A stretch of 64,000 nucleotides of DNA from Octopus vulgaris (lineage: Eukaryota): assembly GCA_951406725.2 (NCBI GenBank), contig OX597841.1:20274001-20338000 (forward strand), in the 5' to 3' direction. Position 1 is the stretch's first letter. Every line of letters starts with the position of its first letter. The notes under the pieces are model-generated. The model did not search any database and had not been told where the DNA came from. It saw only the letters and a program-made list of their open reading frames with translations. Shown here in pieces: positions 1 through 13,224 of this stretch. The translations under genes were made by a program, and so were the position numbers.

Positions 1-3000
1 ATGATGATGATATATATATATCCTCCTGTATTTTCTTTTCAGTATCCCCTCATGTGTATATATGTGTGGTAACACATATAATTTCTTATGCATATTTAAT
101 AATTAAGAAACTTGTATATTCATTAGCTGACTTTGTTTCCCATAAATACAGGATAATTGTAATATAATATGCAAACAATTACATTTACAGTTGTACACAC
201 CCAGAGTGCATATGCATGCATGTAATCATTTACACACACACACACACGTACGGGCTCTGTTATCTGCACATAATGTAAGTAGGCTCCTTATGAATTACCA
301 ACTGGTTATTATGTTGATGCATTGACATACATTCACTGATTATAGCAATGAAAGAGGCCTCTATGTAGAAGCTAAAATAGCTAGAAATAGTAGCTGAATG
401 TCCCTGAAATCACATGTATTTTTTTTTTAAATGCATTGATAATATAATCTTGGATACAAAGAAAGAAAAAGAACCAGAAAAAACGTAAAACATAGGATGG
501 TCATGGCTGGAATTAGTTTTCAACAAAACCTGAACAAAGATAAATTCTGCTTGTTCGTTTTTCCATTTTTTCCATGCTGGCATGGGTTAGATGAATATAT
601 TATTGAGGCATTGTTTTACAGCCAGAACCCTTCTTGTCACTAACCCTTACATCTCTTTAAATGATTTTAAAGAATGAAGATGGCTCTTTACCCTACCTTT
701 TATCTATTAAAATGTTTTGAAAACTTTATGAAGTTTGTTTCACCTTTAGTGCACTGTAGGTGCATCAGTTGTCATGAGGTTCTTGCTCAGCAATGGCAGG
801 GGAAATGATTCTAGAGACAAATGCAATGTACTAAAGGTTAAAAAAGCACAACTGGAAACTTGCTACATCATCATCATCATCATCAATATCCACTTTTCCA
901 TGCTTATATCAGTAAGACAGTCTTCATTAGGGCATATTTTCTAAAGCTTGATGCCTGTTTTGCTGCCAAGCTTCTTTGGTTTGTAAGCAAGATAATATTT
1001 CTCCTAATACTTCAAATGTGAGCATGATGGCCAGATGTGATTTTATCAGAGATTGCAAATAAACGACACTGAATGATGGTAACATTTACAAAGAGAAAAA
1101 GGCAGAAAACTCTTCACTAACCCTTTAACTTCACATGAATTTTGTAAGATAGGCTTCAATAAGATCACAACTTACTTTGATCATAGAAACACAATTATAG
1201 CAAAACTACAATTTGGTGCCGGACTGATAACTTTTTTAATAATCCTTTCTACTTAGGCTTGAAAATTTGGCAGAAGGTGCTTGTTGACTGCATTGGTACC
1301 TGTGCTCAACTGGTATTCATTTCATTGGCCATGAAAGGCTAAGTCACTGGTGGTGGTTTTTGAACTCAGGACGTAAAGCTGGAAGAAATGCCATTAAGTA
1401 ATTTGTCTGGAATGCTAATTAAGAAAATTACGTAGAAACTAAATGGAGTGAGAGTGCTACTTAAAAACTATTTTCACAAATGTTTTGACTTGCTTTTTTT
1501 TTTTTTTTCAAGGATGGAAGAGTGCTTTGATCGGTTAAACACTAATTGTGTAGATACAAAAAAAGAAACTGTGGCTATTTATATGGATGTAAAGTGGAAG
1601 TGTAAAACAAAAAAACTGAAATTCAGGCATGAAAATGAACTAGTGCAGCTACCACTGTTGCTGTTTAGCCCCAAGTCAGTCTTGATTGAGTAGACCTATG
1701 ATCAAATCCTTGACTATCATGTCTTTTTCTAAGACGGAGATTTGGAGATCGTTTTTATAATCATAAACTTACATATCCATAAAACATATATGATACATAT
1801 GTGATTGTGAGCGCCTGCTATCAGGCTTACTTACTGTGTAGAAGTCTCCCTCACTTGCTCATACATGAGACAGTATGATTGAACACAAGTCCTCAGCTGT
1901 CTTCTGCTTACATTATCCTCTGATCCTTGTGTTACCTCCTCTCAGGCCTACCTCACCAACTTCTCCCTTCTGTTGTATCCACCTTGCTCGGGCTTTGTAC
2001 TAATCACTTTTGTCAGTGCTTCTCTCTCAGAACATTGCTTTAAGATTTCCCTGTTTGTGTCACTATGCAGATGTTTCTGAAGAACTTCAACCACATCACT
2101 CACTGGCTTTGGAAGGTCTGTAGAGGCCATGAATACACCCTTTTCTTGCAGAACAAACCACGGAGGAATGAAAAATACAAGAAAGGTGAATGGGTGGGTG
2201 TAGTGATATTGCAGAGCCCCCTTGTTTGCTCATTAAAAAGCTTTATAGTTAAGGGGGGTGGCATGTGAAAACACTTAACTCTGAAGTGTTTAGGAAGTTT
2301 TGTCACTGTTTGACTTTATCTTTCAACCCTTCTTGAGACAATAAATTCTTTCTAATTTTGGACAAGGCCAGCAGTTTTGAGGGATGGGAGAAGTTGATTA
2401 TATCAACCCCAATGTAAAACTGGTACTTAGTTTATCGAATCCTAAAAGATGAAAGGCAGTCGACCTCAGTGGTATTTGAACTCGGAATGTAAGAAACTGG
2501 AAGAAATGCTATTTTGTCCAGTACCAGCTCACTACCTAGGACAATCTATTATAATCTCTATCTACAGATGCACACACACACTCTCTCTCTATTTCTCTCT
2601 CTCAACATTTTCATTTTTTATTCAAATGCTGATTTTTTGCTGGTAAAGAATTAATAACAATAAATAAAGATTTTTGCACCTCAAACATATTTTTCCTGTA
2701 TTTCTATGTTTGACTGTTTTGGAAGATTTTTCTGCTTAAAACGTTGCAAAGTGAATAGAATATAAGTAAATAAGTAGTAATTTAAAGTCAAAAAATATTG
2801 TTTAAAGAAAGCTAGATATAAAAGGAAGATAATTATAAATAGTTGCGGATACAGTGATGTTTGTAAATATTTATGAATGAAGAGTTTTGCCAAGGCGGTG
2901 AAGATTGTCTCCAAGATCTTTTTCCGTTTTGGGAGAGAGAGAGAACGCATAGACGATGCTGGAAAAAAAAAGTTTCTGTGTTTGCTGTTAATGTAATTTT

Positions 3001-3222
3001 GGACTTTGTATGGTTATGTATAGAAACATAAACAAACTAACATATGCACACACACAAATATACTTATCCACCTGCTATGAAGAGTGAATCAGACAGAAGG
3101 CGACGGTTAGCCAGAGAGAGAGAGAGAGAGAGAGAAGAAAGGTGAAGATCAGCCAGTCTCACTCAGGATGCAGGAAGATTAAACGATACATTAAGGTTAT
3201 TAAATCAATCACGAGAAGTGAA

Positions 3223-3284
3223 ATGAGTGCAAGAAGAGAGGCTGGAAGACGTCAAAATGAAAGGGAGCCCCTCATTGCACAAAG
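3223..3284 (+). CDS. Candidate first coding exon MSARREAGRRQNEREPLIAQ (host transcript uncertain; phase-compatible with the flotillin exon at 50607)
   Basis: ATG with a purine at -3, 20 codons plus AG, then a strong donor AAG|GTGAGA at 3285. It lies in non-repetitive sequence. No homology recognised. Confidence 0.3.
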
Positions 3285-4180
3285 GTGAGATATCCAAAGA
3301 GAGAGAGAGAGCAGTATAAAAGCACCAAGATGAAATAGAAGAGCAAGGAGTTGTGAGGAGAGAATATCTAAGAAGGAGAGCATCACAAAGGCGACGAGAG
3401 GAAACGGAAGAGGAAGCAGCGCAAAGGAGGGAAATCGAAAGAAGGGGAACATCGAGGAGAAGAATGTAAGAATCAACACTGAAGCGGACCCTCCAAAACA
3501 AGGCAAACTCATTGCTGGGAGGGTTTCCACGAGAAACGTGGTTTTGAGGCAATTACGGAGATAATGGTGGTCGTAATGGTTTTATTGTTATTTTATTTTA
3601 CGTATCATTTTCATGCTGACGGCACGGGCATACTAGTAAATTAATAAGTACCTGAGAAGGACTGAAGTCAATTAAGTTGATTGTCCCCCACCCTTGGTCT
3701 GAGAAAAAAGCAAAACAAAAAGAAACATTGTGGACTTGTGCCACTCATGTTAGATGTTGTTTGAATTTCACAAACAACACACATTTTGCCATCTTCCACA
3801 TGTTGCTCATGTTTGAAGAACTATATAATCTTTGGATTAGGTGAGGGTTGGCAACAGGGAGAGTACCCAGCTACCTCAGTGAATCTCATGTGACTCATGC
3901 AGACATGGAATATTGGTCAAGAAAACGGTGATGATGACGACTCGTTAACCCTTTAGCATTCAGATTAATCTGTCAAATGTAATGTGCATTTGTTCACAAT
4001 GTTCTGAATTAATCCTGCATTATCTTATAATTTCAAAATTCCAATGATGACATCATCATTGTATGTCTGTTTTCCATGCTAGCATGCCTGCAATTCAAAG
4101 GTTAGTCATGTCACACTACACTGTTCACACTGATTCTGTCTTATGTTAAGGGTTTATCATCGTCTTAATGTCCAATTTTT

Positions 4181-4705
4181 GGCAGAATTCTGGTTTAAAC
4201 AGCCCATAGAACCCCTCATGACTTTTCTAGTTTTTGGAATTTTTCCCTCAAATTTTTTCAAATTTGTCTTCTAAACACGAGAATTCATACAGTTGTGCAA
4301 AAAAAAGCAAATATTTTTCATGTCAGATTAAAGGCAATTTAGCTGTTATTTTTAGCACATCTCACGACCGCCTGATACCTTACTTTTTATTTGTCACTGA
4401 TATGTATTGATGTTTTTCGATATTTTTCTCTCCATAAACACAATGAAAGGAGGATGCACCCAAGACCGTTCCATTGTTGGGATTAGGACTGTCTATTTTA
4501 AACACAAATTTTTAAAAATTCAACAAAAAGTGGAAATTTTAGGATTTGTGGGGTTGGGGCTTACAAAAATAAAAAAAAATTTATATTTTTAAATACTCAT
4601 GAATTCCTGTGTGTAGAATACAAATTCGCAAAAATTTCACGAAAATTTCAAAAACTAAAAATAGTTAAGAGGGGTTGTATAGGGTGTTTAAACCAGAATT
4701 CTGCC
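4181..4705. mobile_element. MITE with ~110-bp TIRs and 8-bp TSD (Merlin- or MULE-like)
   Basis: GGCAGAATTCTGGTTTAAAC... at 4181 and ...GTTTAAACCAGAATTCTGCC ending 4705. Inverted similarity extends about 110 bp. Flanks are caattttt / cacttttt (one mismatch). Confidence 0.8.
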
Positions 4706-5397
4706 CACTTTTTCCTGCTTTCAAGGATCAGATGAGTTTATTGAGGCAGAATTTCTATGGCTGGATGTCCTTTCTGTCACTAACCCTCACTTGTTTCAAG
4801 CAAAAGTAATACCCCCCCCCCCCCAATGGCCAGAATATGTTTTTACTGAATATTTGAAAGGAATGACATTCATTTATGACAAGGATGCATTATCAAGGCA
4901 AGGAGACACAAACACCCACGCATTCTTGTTTCTTTAAGGCTCGAAGCCATTGTAATGTAAGGGACTACAAAGAGGGAAAATGAAGTGGGGTCTAGAAATT
5001 CGAAAGATACTAATTGACAGAAAGCTTAATCCTTTAGAATTCAGATTTCTTTCTCAAATATATTTAATTTGAATTAATCCTGCATTATCTTATAGCTTCA
5101 AGCTTTTGATGATATTGTTTATTTTGAGTAGGACATTGTTGAATCGGTCATTCAAAATTGGTTGTAGCTGTACTTCAAAAATCCAGCTTTGTTTCTCTCT
5201 CTCTCTCTCTCAAACATACTATATGATTTTGATTCTGCCTGTGGATTTATTAAGGGTACATATGTCTGTGGAGTACTCAGCCACCAACACAATTTAGCAA
5301 GCAGGAAGTTCATTTGGTCAAATAAGTGAAATTGGTTAGCACTCTGAAATGCTACTATCCTTTACAACATTCATATACATTGACTTATTAGCTATTA

Positions 5398-5451
<54 letters not shown>

Positions 5452-5582
5452 TCAAGAAGAATGGTGAATGAGTTTATCTGATTAGTTTCTAGAAGTAGGC
5501 AACACAATTATGAAAAGGTTTGTGGGGTGTGTTAGTCTGGAATGTCAATATTTTGTCCCAGCACATAACATTTTTCACATAC

Positions 5583-5619
<37 letters not shown>

Positions 5620-6034
5620 TCCCACTTTTTTTCTCATGCACACATACATCCATGAACACACCCATTTTCTTTTCATTGTTTCTCTCACCAATATACAAGC
5701 TTTTTATCTCTCTTCCGCCTGTTCCCTCTTTCCATCCCTACCTCTCTCTCTCTCTCAATGTATGTGTGTGTCTAATTTGCCAGAAGCAAATATGAATTCT
5801 CTTGGGTCACAGACACCACCAACTCCTCTGCGTATGTACAGACACACACACACACACACACACACTTTGTAAATACAGGTGCAGATGTGCAGATTGTCAG
5901 CAATGAGTGATGGTCTGTTAGTAACTGAAAAGGTTTCCCATGTATAAACCAAATTGTCACTGCCTCTGTTTCAATCTGACTGAAAGAAGCCTGTTGTGTG
6001 TGTATATATATATATATATATACACACACATACT

Positions 6035-9000
6035 CTCCTCCCTCCTAGTTCCATATCTCTTGCCGTTCTGCCCCCTATCAAAACTTCACCATTCGCAGCC
6101 TCTTTAACCTCTTTTACCATTTTCCTCTGTCCCCAACCTAAACTTGCTTCCGGTCGGTCTATATTTAAAAAAAAACTCGCCCCATGTGTTTCCTTCCATT
6201 CATTTCTCGGCCAACAATGTCCAAAGCAAGCTAACACCTACTCCTTTCATTTCTTTCCATCCTCCTCCTACTACTACATTGCTTAATTCTCCTCATTCCT
6301 AGTTTCATATCTCTTGCCGTTCTGCCCCCTATCAAAACTTCACCATTCGCGGTGCGCCCGCCCTTTCCCACCCCCATCACCAATACCGGATATCTCTATA
6401 TCTGCACCATCTACACCGGATCCCTTCCCCCACCACCACTATTCTTCCAACCCCTCCTCCTCCTCAATGGGCTATTTCACTATGTATTACCTGCACTCTC
6501 TCTTCTCCACCCCTCCCCCACTTTCTCTCTCTCTCTCTTCTCTCTGCCGGAACCCTTCCCCCCTGCAAATGCCACCAGTTTTCAGCTGAACCCCTCCTAA
6601 CCTAACACTGGAATATCCATATCTCTGCTACACCTTAAAACTACGTCATTCGATGACCATAATGCTTGCTTACAATGCTACTAACACCTGGAATATCAAT
6701 ATTTCTGTCACATAGCTTACATCTACATCATCGATGACCTTAATGCTTGTGCTTACAACGCTGTTAACACTGGCCCCTACCTACAGCAGGGGCAACAATT
6801 TTAACATGCCTAAATGCTCGAATGTTGTCAGGTCAGAAGAGAGATCAGATGAAGAATGCCTAAAAAAATGATCACCACAACAACCCTCTTCTTTTCAGGC
6901 ACTGAATTACATCCCTCCTCCCCAAACCTCACCCCACATTACCTTCCCAGTTTTCAGAGTTGGCACTGTCAATGTTGGTACACTGAAAGGTAGATCTAGT
7001 GAGATTGTAGAGATGGTTGAAAGGAGACGGGTTAATGTATGCTGCATACAAGAGGTAAGATGGAGAGGTGCTTCAGCTAGGGTCCTCACAGGCAAGGCAC
7101 ATAGGTATAAAGTCTTCTGGCAAGGTAACATGGATGGTGTAGGGGATGTAGGCATTCTCCTTGCGGAGAAATACGTGGATAAGGTCATAGAGGTTGTCAG
7201 GGTATGCGATAGAGTGCTTCAGCTCAGGTTAGTCCTACAGAACGGCACATCTACGATTATCTCCGCCTATGCCCCACATGCGGGGCTACCAAATGATCAG
7301 AAGGACCACTTTTATGATACCTTTCTACAGGCTACCTCAAAGACGAGTGGCAAGGACCTCATCTTTGTGGCTGGGGACTTTAATGGGCGTGTTGGGTGGC
7401 AATCCGGTATCTTCACTGGGGTACACAGGGGCCATAGTATTGGTTCCAGAAATGATAAGGGGACTAGGCTACTGGAGTTCTGTGATGCATGTAACCTTTT
7501 AATCTGCAACACTAACTTCAGGAAGCCAGACTGCCACCTTATAACCTATCAGTCAGGGGACTCCGCTAGCCAAATAAACTTCATCCTCACCAGACAGCAG
7601 GATGCAGGGTTGCTCTTAAATACAAAGACCCTCCTGGGTGAAGACTGTACCCTTCAGCATAGGCTAGTCATTAGTGACTTTAGGCTTGAGGCCAGAAGGA
7701 TGCCAAGAAGCAGACCAATCCAGAAAAGAAGGATTTGGAAGCTAAAGAACCCATCACATGGTCAGAGATTTAGGGACATCCTCATCAAGAAATTTGATGA
7801 GAGGGAGGAGGAGCTACAGACGTTGGACATAGAAGGTAGCTGGAAATTCCTACGGGACTGCTTGCTGAGTGCCACAGACCAAGTCTCTGGATGGTGCAAA
7901 GTCCCTTCCAGACCTAGAGTTACATGGTGTTGGAATAGTACAGTAGACAAAGCCATTAGAGCAAAGAAACAGGCCTGGAAAGCCTGGAGAGATGGGGGTA
8001 GCAGGGAACTGTACCAGGTAGTCAGAAGGGAGGCTGGGCGGCAGGTATACATAGCCAAGGGTGAAGCAGAAAAGAAGCTTGCCAATGCCCAGCGACGAGA
8101 GGACCAAAGAACTATTTCGTATTGCTAGACAGTGTGTGAGAGAAAATTGTGATGTCAGAGGAGAGAAATGCATCCGCATGGATGATGGTGCACTTGCTTT
8201 CAATGTTTCTGAAAAGAAAGAGGCTTGGAGAAGCCATTATGAAAGACTGCTGAATGTGGAGAATGAATGGGAGGAGGAGAGCCTGCCAAATGTTGACCCA
8301 GTAGAGGGACCAGCTATCCTAGTAGATAAAGCAATTAAGGGTATGAAGCCAGGAAAACCCCTGGCCTATCAGGAATCACTGCTGAGATGCTTAAAACATC
8401 TGGTGGTGTGGGCTACGGCCTAGTCACCCGCATTGTAAACCAGGTAGTTCATAATGGAGTCATACCCAATGACTGGCGTAGCAGCACCATAGTCAACTGC
8501 TACAAGGGTAAAGGTGATGCTCTAGATAAAAATAACTACAGGGGTATTAAACTGTTGGATCAGGTGATGAAGGTCACAGAGAGGGTCATAACCCATCTCA
8601 TTAGGGAGAGAATTTGCTTAGATGAGATGCAGTTCGGTTTTGTGCCGGGTAGAAGCACCACTGATTCCTGGGTCGACAACTGCAGGAGAAATACCTAGCT
8701 AAAGATAAACCCCTCTACATAGCTTTCGTGGACTTGGAGAAAGCCTTTGACAGGGTCCCTTGATCCCTTATCTGGTGGTCGATGCGGAAACTGGAGATTG
8801 ACGAATGGCTAATAAGGGCTGTTCAGGCCCTATACAGAGAGGCTGTCAGCAAGGTTAGGATTGGCAACGAATATAGTGAAGAATTCCGGGTAGAAGTAGG
8901 GGTCCACGAAGGTTCATCCCCCTCAGTCCCCTTTTATTCATCATAGTCCTCCAGGCAATAACAGAGGAATTCAAGACAGGTTTCCCCTGGGAGCTCCTCT

Positions 9001-10612
9001 ATGCTGATGACCTGGCCTTCATAGCAGAATCACTACCAGAACTAGAAAAGAAATTTTGGGCGTGGAAGCAAGGTTTAGAATCAAAGGGCCTTAGAGTAAA
9101 TGTAGCAAAGACCAAAGTTATAGTAAGCAGAAAGGCGAACTCATCACACACACCCTTGGGCAGGTGGCCCTGCTCGATCTGTAGGAAAGGCGTAGGTAGA
9201 AACTCCATAAGATGTACCCAGTGTAAGCTATGGACACATAAGAGGTGCAGCAACATCAAAGGAAAATTAACTGATAAGATAGCTTTCATGTGTGGCAAAT
9301 GCACAGGGACAATAGACACCACAGATACTCAGAAAACAGATTCCATCACACTCCAGGGGAAGAAACTAGAAGTAGTTGATAGTTTCTGCTACCTAGATGA
9401 CCAAGTTAGTAGTGGAGGTGGATGCACAGAGAGTATCACCACTAGAATACGAATAGCCTGGGCAAAGTTTAGAAAGCTCCTACCCCTACTGGTGACAAAG
9501 GGTCTCTCGCTCAGAGTGAAAGGTAGATTGTATGATGCATGTGTGTGAACCGGCATGCTTCACGGTAGTGAAATATGGGCTGTGACTGCAGAGGACATGC
9601 GTAGACGTGAAAGAAATGAAGCTAGCATGATCCACTGGATGTGTAATGTCAGTGTGCACACACGATAGAGTGTAAGCGCCCTGAGTGAAATGCTGGACAT
9701 AAGAAGCATCAGATGTGGTGTGCAAGAGAGACGTTTGCGCTGGTATGGTCATGTACTGCGGATGGATGAGGAGAGATGTGTGAAGAAGTGCCACTCCCAA
9801 ACAATTGAAGGTATCAGGGGGAGAGGTAGACCCAGGAAGATATGGGATGAGGTAGTCAAGCATGACCTTCGAACGTTGGGCCTCACAGAGGCAATGACGA
9901 AAGACTGAGACCTCTGGAGGTATGCTGTGACTGCAAAGACCCAGCAAATAATGTGAGTTCATGGCTGCTTCCTGCACCAGTTTCGCATAGCCCCAGCCCA
10001 TCCAAAGTACCTTGGATTGCAGAACGACCTGCTGTGCTTACCTTGGATCGTAGGGTGACCTGCTGTGCTTGAGGAGACCCATTGAGTCAAGTACATCAAC
10101 ATCACAATAAATATCAAATGGAAGTAGTAGTTGTGATACCTGTGCCAGTGGCACGTAAAAAGCACCATCCGAACGTGGCTGAAGCACCATCCGAACGTGG
10201 CCGATGCCAGCGCCGCCTTGACTGGCTTCTGTGCTTGTGGCACGTAAAAAGCACCAACCGATCGTGTCTGCTGCCAGCCTCCCCTGGCACCTGTGCCGGT
10301 GGCATGTAAAAAGCACTATCCGAGCGTGGCTGATGCCAGCGCCGCCTTGACTGGCTTCCGTGCCGGTGGCACGTTAAAAGCACCAACCGATCATGGCTGC
10401 TTCCAGACTCACCTGGCACCTGTGCGGGTGGCACGTAAAAAGCATCCACTACACTCTCGGAGTGGTTGGCGTTAGGAAGGGCATCCAGCTGTAGAAACAC
10501 TGCCAGATCAGACTGGAGCTTGGTGCAGCCTTCTGGCTTCCCAGATCCCGGTCAAACCGTCCAACCCATGCCAGCATGGAAAACGGACGTTAAACGATGA
10601 TGATGATGATAT
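6035..10612 (+). mobile_element. RTE-clade LINE, near full length, degenerate (APE endonuclease + RT with PHD-type insert, repeat-containing 3' UTR, (GAT)n tail)
   Basis: ORF pieces 7013-8128 (CIQEVRW, YAPH, GDFNG, QHRLV endonuclease motifs), 8387-8698 ([12 protein letters not shown]), tatgctgatgac=YADD near 9000, 9156-9548 and 9690-9908 (RLRWYGHV, RGRGRP). Contains frameshifts and stops. Ends ccatgccagcatgg...gttaaacgatgatgatgat. The 5' limit is approximate. Confidence 0.92.
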
Positions 10613-10818
10613 TTGTGTGTATGTCCCTCCACTATCACTTGACAACTGATGTTGGTGTGTTTACACCCCCATAACTTAGCAGTTTAGCAAAAGAGACTGA
10701 TAGAATAAGTACCAGGCTTACAAAGAATAAGTCCAGGGGTCGATTTCTTCGACTAAAAGGCAGTGCTCCTGCATGGCCACAGTCAAATGACTGAAACAAA
10801 AGTGTATATACATATATA

Positions 10819-11207
10819 GGTGCAGGCCTGGCTGTGTGGTAAGAGGCTTGCTTCCCAACCACATGGTTCTAGGTTCAGTCCACTGTGTGGCACCTTGGGT
10901 AAGTGTCTTCTACTATAGCCCCAGGCAGACCAAAGCCTTGTGAGTGGATTTGGTAGATAGAAGCTGGAAGAGGCTTGTCGCGTATATATATGTGCATATA
11001 TGTATGTATAAATCTATAAGTGGGTGTGTCTTTGTGTCTGTCCCTCCACCATCACTTGACAACCGATGATGGTGTGTTTGCATCCCTGTAACTTAGCAGT
11101 TCGGCCAAAGAGACTGATTTAGAAAAGAAAAAGCCCTAGGGTCGATTTCTTCAACTAAAACCCTACAAAGCAGTGCTCCAGTATGGCTGCAGTCAAATGA
11201 CTGAAAC
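10819..11207 (+). mobile_element. tRNA-derived CORE-like SINE (family 1)
   Basis: Head with A-box-like TGGCTGTGTGG and B-box-like GGTTCAGTCC, followed by accttgggtaagtgtctt, an internal microsatellite, and the tail cagtgctccagtatggctgcagtcaaatgactgaaac. There are more than 10 copies in the window. Confidence 0.85.
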
Positions 11208-11215
11208 ACACACAA

Positions 11216-11288
11216 TCCTTGATAGTGTAGTGGTAAGTATCCCTTGTCTATCGTGCCTGAGACCAGAATACAATTCTTTGCTGAGAAG
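11216..11288 (+). pseudogene. Decayed tRNA-Asp copy
   Basis: tccttgatagtgtagtggtaagtatcccttgtctatcgtgcctgagaccagaatacaattctttgctgagaag aligns end to end with eukaryotic tRNA-Asp (TCCTCGTTAGTATAGTGGT.AGTATCCCCGCCTGTCACGCGGGAGACCGGGGTTCGATTCCCCGACGGGGAG). The B-box and anticodon are mutated. Confidence 0.7.
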
Positions 11289-13224
11289 TCTTCAGTTTTT
11301 TAGGTGCAGGCATGATTAGTTGATGAAGAAGCTTGCTTTGCAGCCATCTGCTTTTCAGTTCTTCCTTCTCACTGAATGGCACCTGCTACAACTTTGGGCT
11401 GATTAATTCCTTGTGAGAGAATTTTGGTAGATGAAGTCTGTGTGGAAGCCCATCCTCTGTACTTAAGTGTGTGTGTGTGTGTGTGTTCCCACTCCACTGC
11501 TTAACAATGTGTTTGTTTACATCTCTGTAAATTAGCTTTTCTAGCCCAAGTGAACAGGTCGCGGATTTTAGCGACGAAAATATTTTGACAAATTAAACTT
11601 AAATGTTGAAGTGAATCGAACGGCTTTTGTGTGTTTCTTAAATGGCTTATAAACACCTTCCACGCTGCAATTGTTTATATATATATATATATAATAACAA
11701 ATAATAAATAAAACATATGCATATCTTTGTAGCAGTTGACTATTGTGCTGCTACACCAGTCATTGGGTATGACTCCTATATACACACATATATGTATATA
11801 TATATATATGTTTATGCATGCACACATGTGTATCAGTAACAGATTGTGTATATAAAAAACCCCAAGCAAAATACCGTCAGCCCATATTTAGACAGCATCC
11901 TTAGGGTGAGGCTGGTGAGTGGGTGGCTGACTGTATATGTACTTCCCATCCTCATTTATTTCTATATATCTCTATCTCTACACCTGGTTTCTCTACCTGT
12001 GTATGTACATCTATATACGTTTCTCAAGCATGGGATATGCATAGCTGTCTGTGTATTGATGTATATACATGCACAAACCTCTCTCATACACTTCAGTCAT
12101 GTGTGTGTGTGTAAGCACCTCTCTGCACACACACACACACACATATATATATACATACTCACACACCACTACCACTACCACCACCACCACCACCACCACC
12201 ACCACCATCATCGTCTCGTACCTCAGTTTTCTTAAATACACATCTATATATGTGTATTGATGTATATACACATCTCTCTCTCACATACACCACACACTGT
12301 ATAAACAATACACACACACACTCTCTCTCTCTCTCTCTCTCTCTTCATCTCTCTCTCTCTCCATCTCTATTTCTCTATGTCTGTCTATCTCTCTCTCTCT
12401 CTCTCATATCTATACACCCTCAAAAATAGTTGCATACACATGTACACATCTTTATCTCTGGATCTGCTGATGTACTTGTTACCATGCCAACACACTTCTG
12501 TTTCTGAATATTTTGCCCTAATTCTTTAGACTTCATAAAACTCTCAGTGTGGAAAGGTAAGCAGTTTGCTTCCCAGCCACAAGGTTCTGGGTAAAACAAT
12601 ACTCACACACACACACACACACATTTATGTATTTTATTACTTGTTTCAGTCTTGCCCAAGGTGCCACACCATGGGACTGAACCCGGAACCATGGGGTTGG
12701 GAAGCAAGCTTCTTACCACACAGCCACACCTACACCCACTCTGATCATAGTAATTAACAATTAGTGTCGCAGATTTGCAAAAAGCAGTCCATTTGTTAAA
12801 TGTCATCACTAAATGTGGCATTTAGTTTCAGCTCTGCATTCTGGGATTAAATTTCTCTGACGTCACTACAATGTGTTCTATTGTTTAGTTTCAAGGCGTT
12901 CCCTAATCAAAGAACTGATCTATGATTAAAGGTGATTCAACCATGACCATCCCATCTTGGTATTGTTTCTTTGTTTTTCGCTGATGACATTGTTGTCTCA
13001 TACAGTCTTCTTGTTTTTAAGACCCTATGATGTGATTTACTGCAGGATTTTGCTATTTCTCGCAGGTTGAGTGATTATATAGAATCTTCCTCACTGGTTC
13101 TGAATGTCATTTAACCCTAGGTTAACCCTGATGCAGCAGACCACCTTCCAGCTGTGACTATCCCAATTTTTATTTATAGTGTATCTAGGACTACATTGCC
13201 CTATTTATCAATTTCTCTTTTTTC

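Noticed and set aside
1948-2130. Minus-strand 60-aa ORF MASTDLPKPVSDVVEV... with a donor-like GTAGG
   Set aside because: No recognisable domain and no partner exons. It has only a faint resemblance to a decayed Tc1 N-terminus, so neither call can be supported.
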